From assembly GCA_977030845.1 (NCBI GenBank), contig OZ365114.1:14818001-14882000 (forward strand): a stretch of 64,000 nt of DNA, written 5' to 3'. Each line of letters starts with the position of its first letter. Position 1 is the first letter of the stretch. The position numbers and the translations under genes were made by a program. Shown piece after piece: positions 51,001 to 63,000 of this stretch. The stretch is from Fimbriosthenelais zetlandica. Taxonomy: Eukaryota. The notes under the pieces are model-generated. The model saw only the letters and a list, made by a program, of their open reading frames with translations. It searched no databases and was not told the origin of the DNA.

Positions 51001-54000
51001 TGGCATTATGAGCACGGCAGTGATAAACCAGCAAGCACCCGGTGTTATGAATTCCGCCATCTTGTGCTGCGGAAGTGAGGGATACATGGGGCTCGTGGGT
51101 AATAGGACGCCATATTTAGAACCCACCAAAGGTGGATAATGGCCCAAGACAGTAAAGCAGGCAGAGACAGTAAATGGACAGGAGCCCAGAGTCATGTCAG
51201 ATTTTACTACCGGCCCGAGAGTGGCCATGGTAAGAGGTTTAGTAAGGTTTGGTCCAAGCCTCAAGATTCAGGCACCTTTGGATCTAGATCATGAATTCTA
51301 GCACCATTGTACCACTTCTGTAGGCCAACACTGCCTTCAGTTACATTGCCTTCTTATTTTTCAAAATAGATCTAAAAAATCGGCTTTGAAATTATGCGTC
51401 TCGGTGTCAAGTGAAGTGAATGCGTGGGTAATGTGGATTTCTGCATGGTGGATTTGTCATGTAGGTTAGCAACACTGCCTGTGTCATTTTGTGACACATG
51501 GATGTTGTGGTTGAGAAGGAGACCTCAACGTGTGTATCCCACACACAGATATCCATCAATATCCACCTGGCGATATGTCACCTTGCACTATATGATGTGA
51601 ATAAGTGACTAGCCTTTGGCGTGCTGTTTGGTATGAAACATGTTGATTTTTTATTCTGCGTCTGGGATCCTTGCTAGCAGGAAGGCAAGGACAAGTTCCT
51701 TTGAAGCCTAACACTTGGATATTGAGGTTCAGGCAGGGCTATTGTAGCTGCCACCTTGAGGAGTTTGTATATACAGCCTCGTGTGAACAGGTCTATATAT
51801 AATATTGTAATTATGAACCTGGATGCTCTGCATTACAGGACCAAAAAATTAACTGTACTAATCTTGTGCTTCATTCTTTCTTTCGTTTAGTGTGGTCACT
51901 GGTTTGTTCATTGACCAGTTTGTTCTTTCATTCGTGCAAGCTTTTAGTTCAGAGAAAATGGATTGTTCCGTTGTATATCTTTTCTCATCTACCTTGAGTT
52001 TGAAGTGATGGGTTTACGAGCTATATTCTAGATTTACTGTCCCTCAAAACGCCCGCAGTAACTCGGAACTTCTCACCTCATTTTTATATTCATAATATAT
52101 TCATTTATGGCCTGCAGATGGTGTACATCAAATGTGCTGCGTAATTAGAGGATCTGCATAATATTATAGGGGTATGGAATACTGAGTCTATAGAAAGCAA
52201 ACCAAGCCAATCTTGAAGGCTGTAAGAGGTGGATGTCTTCAAGGCTTCCAGAATCTTCAAAATGTGGAAAGAAGCGCTTAAGTGAACCATAGATATTCCA
52301 AAAAAGTGATTTTATTTCGCGACGACGCAAGTTGATTCCCAAAGCGTTCTCCAACTTTGTTATTGCCCTGACCTTCACGCAGTTGGCAGGGTTCATAATT
52401 TCTGGAATTCCAGTCTCCCCTAACACTTAAAATTAGGTTACACAACAATAGTTATGTATCCAGGAAGGAGCTGGAACAGTTCGTTGTAACAAACGTGTTT
52501 GTGCCTATAACTACATGAACATTATTAGCGAGTGTCACTTACATGTAAATGAGACTGCATGATGACGACTGTCACTGTTGACAGCAATGTCACTGGGCCT
52601 GCCCTCTCGACCTGACCTCAGCCCTGAGGTGACACCAAGCTGACATTTAATGTTGACCCCTGTCCTGACCCGTCCAGGTTAATGACCGCTGTCGCAATAT
52701 TTCCCTTCAACAGCATATAAATAATGTGTGCACGTGCTCTCTGTATGACTGAGGTGACTCACAAATATTCGTTATATGGCAACCTCCCCTTCGGCTAAAC
52801 TGTCGACATAATCCTGTCAAGGTTGTGCAAACTTTCCAAGCTCAGGAAGGTTTTTGGAGTATAGATCATCGCTCTGCTGTCAGGATCAATTGGATGTCCC
52901 AACAGGAATTATAAAGTTAGGCAAGAATTGCGATAATTAATGCACTCGGAGGCTATGAAAGTGTGTGCTGGTAATTGTAATCTGTAATGTGCAAAGTTGT
53001 GGTTATATCCCGTGTAACTCATTAAGGTCCTTCTCCGGGTTCACCACCATGGAAGGTTTGACCAATTTGTTCTTGTTATGTTAATTATAGATATGTCTTA
53101 AACTTGTTACGTTATTGTCTTCTTGTTATGTTAAGTTGATTACAAAGTTTGTGTCGAGGAGGCATGGGGATTTTCAGGCAAATGCCTCAAACCGGAAGTT
53201 CCCAGATGCTGAGGCCAGGGCACATCCTAGAATTCCTTATTCCCATGTCTGTTCAGGATAAGCTAGTTGTTACATTTTCAGTTTTGCTGTCATCTTTGCT
53301 GTTTGTCATTGCTTTACTAAGCTTTATACTTATGGGTTTTATCTTCTCTTGCCAGTTTGAGAGCTTACCAGTGGTTCCGGCTTCACCCATCAAGTTCATT
53401 CTGCTGGCAGTAGGTGGCGGCACTGTGCTCATCTTCCTGCTGACGTTAGTGATTGTATCTTGGTGGAATGCGTACAAGAGACCACTTCTGAAAGACACTA
53501 AAATCTTCAACCCTGGTAAGACAACTCCTTTCTCTCGACATCAAACTGTTTACTGCATTGCATCAGAATGTTACATATACCATTTTGTACCAAACAAATA
53601 CACGTTTAGCATTGAAAGTATTGACAACAATTTTGGTAGGTTTCGTAATGTAAATATTTTATATTTTTGACCACACACAAAAATGTTGAATAACATATAA
53701 TTACGACAGAGTAAAGACAATAATTTATACTTTATGTCACAGTGAGACTGGAAGTCCTTGAGATTCATGCAAGATTTAAACCTGAAAGAATAGAATTTTA
53801 AAAAATCCATCACTGGCAAAGTAATAATTAAGAGCATCTCATGAGCCATGCATTACATTGTGCAGGTTGGGTGGAGCACTGTATCCATGGGCAAGTTTCA
53901 ATGAGTGAAAGCCAGGAAGTGCTGGCGAAAAAGGTATCATAGCTAGCTGAGCATCATTAATGGTGATTCATAGAGATCAATAGTATCACGCCTCGTCACG

Positions 54001-57000
54001 CTGGCTACTTGATGATACTACACCTACAGCCCTTCAAGGCACTTGTGTTGATTTAATGCCACATTTATCTCACACCATCAAAGTGATGGAATGGCAGAAA
54101 AGGAGAGAAAACCACTTGCAAGGCCCTAATACCATCCTCCGATTATTTCTTTTTTAGCAGGCTTCCAATGATTTGGAAATACTTTTTTTCCGAATGTGTT
54201 TAGATAGGGGCTCATGTAATATTCATGTATCTATATTTGCCTTAATATAAGGTATCCATCAGCAGTTTCTTGTGGGTTGACTGAATGTAATAGAGATGTA
54301 TAGTGAATGAACTGCGAACTATATGTACGAATGCCCAAGGCTCAATTAACCAAGAAACTCGCTGTTTGCATGCAGTCAAAGGACTTGGGTCAGAAAGAGG
54401 AAAATAGACTTGTGGAGGGGGTCGGCTGTCTATCTTGTGGAATATTCGTGATGTCTGACTGCATAATTTGGCAGAATTACCGGGGCGCCGGGACTGGGGA
54501 ATCCAATATTGCCCGTTCCTGCCATCGTATTACCCGCCCGCTACGAGATTAGCTTGAAAAGCGCGCACATCCTGCTCAGTCTTTATAATGACTACTTTTC
54601 CCCCATGCTCATCCACGGTGATTAGATTTCCACGTGTTTAATGGTATGCTTTTCATTACATTCTGTATCCATGGTAACCGAATATCATCGCCGCTTTTGT
54701 ATGTGTATATATGTACCCTTGGCATCAGTCAAACAAATCTGTCACTTTGAGAGGCGTGAAGGCTACCTAATCATCACCGTGGCTTTATGGAAGGCAATAG
54801 CCACCTTCGATAGTGTACCCTTGAGTCCTGAGTTAAGTTTTAATTAATGTTTGAAGTGGTCGGAGTGAATAGTAATAAGCAGCAAATGAAGAGGCTTGCC
54901 GGGTGGAATTGCTTCTTGCAGACCCAGCTGATTGTATGGTAAATTTGATATCATGTCCACTTACAGTATTGGATTCTCGGGCCAGGGTGCTTTCAAGCAG
55001 CTAAATTGTCTGCCCGCGCATCCATACAAAAATGGCCATCCTCAGAATAGATAGAGCGAGACATATTCTGATATTGCAGTTCGTTACTGGCTTCTTGGTA
55101 TTATATTCAATAAGGAATGGGAAACGTTCCTTGGTCGGAAATGGCTCTCTGGAAAGATTGTCTCAGATTATTGTAATTTTTTTTCCAGGGAATGAAAAAG
55201 ACATATTATATAGAAAAATATGTATCATTAGAATTATTTTCCAGTTTGGCCTTTTTTATAGGCACCATACACATTTTTACAACATATTATATCCAATCAA
55301 TTATTACAGAAGGAACACGCCTGCCTTTTCTCCAACAATTTTCTTTCAATACAAAAACATTTTAGTCACAAAAATAGATTTTTCACATGATAAATAGAGG
55401 TGGGGATAATAAAGTGACATTATTTACAGGCTTTCTAGGAGCTCCGGTGGCCAACAGTACAGATAATGAGCTATGTAAGTGTGGACAAGCTGGCCTTACT
55501 ATCTACAGGTCATTGTGCAACCATAGACTAAAGTATTGTTGTACAATGCCCTGTTACTCCATCAGTTGACGGGAACTGTGCTCAGCAGTTAACGTCAACT
55601 GATCCAGGTGGCAGCACTCTACAGTCACTCACTGATTGAGCAACTCGTGCACGCACACAGTCATATATTCCTCTCTATGTACTGCTTCTATTTGTTGTTT
55701 CATTTGAAAACGGCTTACATTCTGAACCCTGGGAAATCGATATATCTCTTTGTCTTCTGTAAAATTCATTCTTGTATACTTTTAATCTACAGAAAAACTT
55801 ATTTTCGTGTTCTATTGGGAAAAGTTTTTTTTTGAGACGGTCAATTGCAGTTCCCATCCAAAACTATCCTCATCAATACTCCAACTTTAAATTTTCATTT
55901 TGGGAAGGTTTCATTATCATTATGCAGTATTTCAAGTATGATTTGAAACAGTTCTTTTCTCAAAAATGCATAATATTCGGAAGAAAAAAATAATCATGAC
56001 CAAATGAAATATGATCCTGCATACTTCTTTGTTCACTTATGTTGCTTTAAGAGTAGATATCTGGTATACACACTCGCGTACACATCTATTGCACACATGC
56101 CAAATCACTAAGTCAAAACACAGGATCCGTATTGTTTCTACTGTATCCACCACCCCAAAACATTGTTTTTATTCAGTTTCTCTTTGTTGGTCAATTATTG
56201 CTCATTTTGATTCTTTTTTGCTAAAAGGTATTTTGCTTTTATACCGTGGACATATCAATATTAATTTCAGGCCTCGACACTTGTCATTATATTTATTGAC
56301 TCCATTGCATTTATCCTATACTCCTATGCTTACTCCTTTTTCTATGAATTTATGCAAGAAATCTGCATTTGCCAACAGCAATGTCCAGATTGAATTATGA
56401 ACATGGAAAGTTCAATATCCATTACATAAAGATATAATTTGAATATTCTTCATTCGATAGGAAATTGTAATTTTTAGATTTCATCTCTTGCACTCAATAT
56501 GGTCAGCCATAATTGAATCTGGAATATAATTCGAAAAGATCTGTCTACAATGACTTAAATGACATTTTCTACTTCACATAATTAGTTATCAAGTCAGAAA
56601 TTACTTCTTCGGAGACATGCTCTGATGTGGGAAGGAGCTCAAGTGGTTGCTATTGTCTTTTGGTAATGTCTATTTAATCACATAAATTGACACGAAGTCC
56701 ATTTTTATGTTTTCTTCAGACTCCTCACAAGCTCCCCTTTTGGATGAGAAGATTGGAGAAGGCGACAAGGGACAAAATGTAGGCATCCACCATTGTTCTC
56801 TTTCCTCCAATAATTCCCATTATTTCATCTTAACTGCACCTGGACAAAGCCAGCATAATAAAATAAAACAGACGCAACCAAATAATACTGTGCATATTTT
56901 ATGCCCTTTCAGATCTCCATTTCTCAAGTGATTGAATTTATTTAATTTGTCTGCATTTATTGTCTGGACTGATGTAAAAAAGATTCTTTCATACAACGTC

Positions 57001-60000
57001 AATTTTATTTTATATATGTTCATTTCCTAAAAATCTAGTATTTTAAGCCGTATTCTTGAGAAAGGAGAAAACTGACTCCTAAAACTTCTGGCTGTATTGG
57101 TTGTATTACTGACTTTCAATTCAAGACGGAATTATATTTATATTTTGGAGATGGCGTCGCGTAAAATCACCAATCATTCTATATTTTTCTTGCTACATTT
57201 TTTTTCAAGGGCGGGCATAAACTCAAGAAGCGAAAGAAGAAAAAGACGGCAGCCCGGTCCTCACAGGACGACTATGTGTCCAGTGAGGAAGACACTCTGG
57301 ACCGCCGATCAGACGCTGCCTCGCCCAACCGCAAACAGTACGTCCAGGGGCGCAGTCCCCAGAAGGACATCCCTGCTGAATCTGACCTTGTCGCGAGCTC
57401 ACGTCATGCACATTCGAGTGGGATGACCTTGACTGGAGTCAGGCCAGAGGGGATGACTGAACTCCCCGACCCGTCCACTCTTCCACCTCCACCACCGGAG
57501 CTCACAGGAGATAAGCCAGTTGTATCTTACATCAAGATGACCGGAGAACCGGCCCAGACGGATGCAAAATACAAACGGAAGAGTGCAGGAGGCCAGTACA
57601 TCCAGCTCAGCCAGTCCGAAGGATCTGGCAGCGACATCGAGAAACACAGCCAAGCGACGCTGAAGATACGTCGTGATGAATCAACAGAAGGCGCACCTCA
57701 CATGCCAGATGTGGTTAAGAGTCGAAACAGGAACCCGGAATACCCACCACCACCGTACATGCATAAGAATGGAGGCCGATACATACCTCTGAACAACTCT
57801 GAAGTTGACTCGAGTGACGGAGAGTACAACAGCAAGCTGTCAGCTCACCACATCGCGCAGATCCTGGGTGACAGTAGCACACGTGGCTCCCCCAAGTACA
57901 GCCACAGTAACACTGACAGACCCCCCATCACCTTTGGACCTCCGCAGCAGCGGCAGAGCGAACTGGACCAGCTTGAACTTGACAGCGTTGGAAGCTCTAG
58001 ATCTGGTGGTAGCTCCAAGTCATCTAGCGGCTTCAAGACGCAGACCGCCTCGTTCACTGACAGCATGAGAAGTGACAGCGAACGTCGTAACATTTCCGAT
58101 TCTGACTCGGCCAAATCAAGTACTTCCTCCAGTACTTTCCCAAGGTCACAGAATAAAGATCCGACGTACGGGTCCAAGTATTTTATGACACTTGGTGGAG
58201 GGAGACAAAACGGTCACACTTCACCGGCCACGGACTCTGAAGGCAGCAGCCCGCGACTAGTGGACGAGGCATACGGTACTATGGGATCTAACGGAACCAG
58301 CACCCTGAGAGGAAGGTAGGTCCAATCCTATATTCATAACTTAATGATTATATTTGAGAAAGCTAATATTTTGAAAGTTGTTATCAAAGAATTATATATA
58401 TGGAGAGGAATTTTGAAAAGAAATGTTGCTACACATTGTCGAAAGAATCAATCAGCTTCTGTTCCGTTTTGGGGCCTTCTCTCTATTCACTTGCTTCCAA
58501 AATTCACATAACTCAAGTTTATTAATCATGATTGAATTTTGGTAAATTGTCACTATTCCGATATTCATTGAGAGCATGTTCCGATGTCATCTATAATCAT
58601 TTGCACTTGCGGTTTGAACAGAATAAGCATGTGTACCAAACTTTACAATCTTAATTTATTAATGTTTTCAAGGGGTGCCCATAAGTAAGTGCATCTATCG
58701 TGACTGCGCCCATCAGTGTTGTTATTGAGTTATAGAAAGATTTGTCTGCCACGGATTAGACTAAATATTTCATCCTGTATCCACAAGTTCTTATACCATA
58801 TGACAATAATTATACTCATCTTTCCCTGTCAGTTTCCAAAACTCATTGTCTCATGCTCGACCCACACTTTTAATTAAATCACCTTTATATGTAACCTCTG
58901 TGTACAAATTCTATGCCATTGTTTGCTATGCATACCCTTTATACTAATTATCTTTGTCTCATGGCACCCAATTTTTATCTTCCATTTGTTCTCCATGGAT
59001 GTCATACTTTATCTCCCATTATATATCTATCGTCTCAGATATTGATTCTATACCCCATTAATAATATGATTGTGTAATAACCTCATGTTTACATTAATGT
59101 ACCAACCTTCTATATTTATAAACACCTCAGTTTCAAGTCGTACACCACAAATTATCCATTGCGTTCATCTGCTTGTCGCTTGTTTTTCCACCCATATGTT
59201 GTCCTGTTCAATTTTAACTACCCTAGTTTTCTTTTTTCTGTTCAATTTTTTCTTCACAGTGAGTACTTTCCTTTCCATAGTACTGCATCTACTGGAAGTG
59301 GTAGTAGCAGCAGCGTTGTAACCGTTATAGCAGCAGATGACCCCAACAACACGTTTGGCCGCCGACGTGTTCAGAGGCCACCAGATGGCATGGTGGAGGG
59401 TGAGAACACTACCGGAACAGGAACCTTCAAGAATCGATCCACGACTGGCCCCAACAGTGGCGGCAGTGGCAACACAGGTGGTGCTGGTGGAGGCGGCGGC
59501 GGTGGTGGTTTCCCTGCTGGCCAAAAATAGTGAGTTTTAAATAGAAATATGACTCGACAGATTTATTTTTGACGACAGTGTCAAGCATCTGGGATGGATG
59601 TTGTATGTTCTAACAGGTTATGTTTCCGGCACTCCAGTTGTGAAATGTGATACAACTTTCAAGAAACATGTATATACCCTAATGTCCGTTGTTCTGAATT
59701 CGTCCGACCCAAGGGTTTAGGCGTAGAAATACCCTAGCGAGCGTACACAACCATGAATCTTTGGATTTATTTCTTATCTGCCATAAAAACTTGTTTCAAT
59801 GTCGTTTATTTTTCCCCACCCAATTTAATCGTCAACTAGGGCGTTCCATGGAGAGCGAGACTACCTATATCAACTTCATTTTCCATGGGTGGTGGAGAAT
59901 GGAACCCTAGTGTTATTTGAAGTTGAAGGCAATATCAGATAAGAAATAAAGAAGGGATTCCCATATCTGTACATAAAATTCCATGGTAGTTTCCCACCCA

Positions 60001-63000
60001 GTAACCCATTGACCCATTTCTGTGATTTGAATAAAAAACATTCCACTATAGGGCCTATTACTTCCGTTTACAGAGGTCTTTGAGGTGGTCTGGGAGGTTA
60101 TTTTGAAATAGGCCTGCACCATCAAGGCTATCTCACAATGTTGGTCTGCATGGTAAACTGATCAGGTATAGCTGAAGCCAGTCAGGAATGGCCGGCCACT
60201 GTACCTCACTTCATAACCCAGACCCCCTACTGGCTTGCAATGCTGGTCAGGCTTTCTCGCTGTCCACCAGGGGGCCAGAGCGAGCTCCAATCAATGATAG
60301 CGCCTTGCCCCCGGCATTAGAATAGTCTCATCGGAGTCGTTTTTTAAGGTTCTTAAGGCATGTGGACAGAAGGTGGCATTATGGAGCCTGATTGGAGGTA
60401 ATGATAATGGATACGGCTACATAAGCCAGCGCCCGTACCAATCTTAGCGGACCCACTTTATCGCTGGTCGTAATGGATGCCATAGGCAGCACAAGAGGGT
60501 GCCACTGGGCCGGGTTGACATTTCCACCTCATCTTTCAATAAAAACACCTCCTCTACCAGCACAATAGATATTCCCTCCTTTAGGTATTTTCCATGTTCA
60601 TATGATATACGGCCTGGCTCCATAGTGCTTCCGCATTTACGCCCCCATGTTTTATATACATAACCACTATTTATAGATCTATATAGATGCAGCGGTGGGG
60701 CCGGGGCATTAATGTAGGCGCGCGTTATAACCGTGTACTAACTAACACTACATTAAGTATGGCCCGGCAAGAATTTACGCAGACATATCGGGCTGATTTG
60801 AATTGCAAATTGTTATGGAGAAGGTAAAACAGAGTGCCTTTGGTAGAGTGCTGAATGATCCCGGCCAGCTTTGAGGCTAGGCGTTACTCATTAGACAAAA
60901 CGCGGGCTGACGTTAATAGTTGGCGTTGACGTTCTTTGTTCCTTCCCCCTGTCGCATTAATCTTATTAACAGCAAGGCAAAGCCAGATTTGTTAGTGGAC
61001 TGTAGTGGCTACTTCTAATTGAAGAAGTTTAATTGAAGGCTGGCTCACAACCTATTAAGGATTATCCCTTAATGCAAAGTCGATATAGATCACTTTGGTC
61101 CGCAGATTTTATGGTTGAATGGCTATGATTACTTAAGATATCGGAGGGGTGATCCTTTTGTTCTGATGATGCGGCTCAACCATGGAAAGCTGTCTTTCAT
61201 AGCTGGGTACTCTCTCCATGCATTATGCAAATCCCCTCGTAAATCTCCCATAAAAACCAACAATATCGCATATTAGCTTTTAAAATGTCAGATGGGTGCC
61301 ACACAACGCAACACAATCAGATCATATTGCCATGATATCAGCTTCCGAATTAAATTCAGTTTTATCAATTACAATGTACTGTATATTGTAGATACAATGG
61401 TAAACTGCTTAATTTATCGTTGTATGCAGGATTTTGTAATTGCTTATACATGTATGAGTAGCGTGTATGTTCTAATCCCCTGCAAGAATACAGATTACAG
61501 GATGTAGCGGATAAGATACTGAACATTGTCCTTGAAAGAACTTAGCTCGCATGTTAAATCTAGCTGGAAAATTCATGCTTACTTAGATATAAGATGAAAT
61601 TATATTGCTATTGCTACGAAATGTGCAATGAAATTTCCAATAAGAAAGGGTCTCGCATTCGCTATTCGGTTGTATGTACTTACTCATCTGAGCTAATGCA
61701 TCTGCATCCTTGTAATATCCTGTTGTAATTAACTTATTCCATTGAACCTCGAGCTTGACCTTGTAAGCTTATATTGTAGATTACTTGCCCGTCATTGTTT
61801 GATTATGAAATTCATCTAATTGCTAATCTTTTCGTCGCTCTCTCCAGCCTCCACATGACGATGTTGACTGTACTGGGTATCATCAGCCTCATGACAGGAG
61901 TCTATGGGGCTCTAATGACCGAAACTGAAGTACACCTCAAGATTTACGCTCCCTCTGGCTTCATTAGGAACGGCTCAGAAGTCTATTATAACAAAGGAAA
62001 AGTCGTCTCTGTCAACGCTTCTCACATGAAGTACCAGCTGAACGTGGTCGAATTTGGTGAGTAATTGTTCTGATGAGATATTGGCCATCTCCACCAAGAA
62101 AAGACTTTTCCAATTTTAGGGAAAATACCGTTATTGTCTGGCGGGAAAAGTAGTCGAAAAGTATACCAAAAGTGGAAAGGTTTCTATACTTTCAGACGGA
62201 ATTATATAGCCTGCTAATTTGGTTGGGAGATCCAACACATTTTGCGGGCCAACCGTTTGTTTTATGCACTTTTCGAAAACACAGCATCGCCATCGACAAG
62301 AAAGTAGCCCAAAGGAATTAAAGATTTATTCCAAATATATCAATCTATTCCCCATCACATTGCATTGGTAATGATTCTTTTACATTTCTACTTGTCTATT
62401 TTAGGTGTTGGAAATGCCCAGATCCTCAACCCCGGCTTCAACAAGTGCACAATGACCAGTTGCGCCCAGGGCTGCGACCCCAACACTGGCACGTGCATTT
62501 GTCACCGAGGCTACCGCGTCTCTGACGGCTTTCACTGTGAAGGTGAGATGCCTGCACATAAAGATCCCTTATATACCTTTAAACAATAGTGACTCCCTCC
62601 TTGAAAGATCGCTTTGATGCTTTCCAGAATGCCCTATTCAAAAAAACGACTCAAGATTCCAACATGGCGAAATGTTTCTCTCAAAAGATGAAGGCGCTTT
62701 TATATCTAACATTATGTCTTTTAGTTCAGGATGCTGAACAAAGGTTATGCATGTTTTCCTGAGATGTTGAGCTATTTCCAAGGCAATTTATAGTATACAT
62801 TGTAATATTGTTTTTAAGGAATAGAACATAACATTTCCTTCTCAAAAGCAATTCTAAGTTGACATAGAATTTGGAATTTCTGACACGTGCATGGTCTCTC
62901 TTTCGTATCGAAACAGACGTGGACGAATGTACTGAGGCTGAATCTATCTGCGATCTCAATGCTCAATGCTTCAACACTATCGGCTCGTATAAATGCATTT

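Noticed and set aside
57399-59524. Antisense and alternate-frame ORFs (57399..57653, 57805..58068, 57845..58177, 59165..59524, 59337..59540)
   Set aside because: They are shadows of real GC-rich exons 6 and 7.
59528-59530. TAG as the only true end of the gene, with the EGF exons as a separate gene
   Set aside because: The GTGAGT donor, the exact phase match to 61848 and the ASTN-like continuity favour one gene. It is kept only as a possible isoform.
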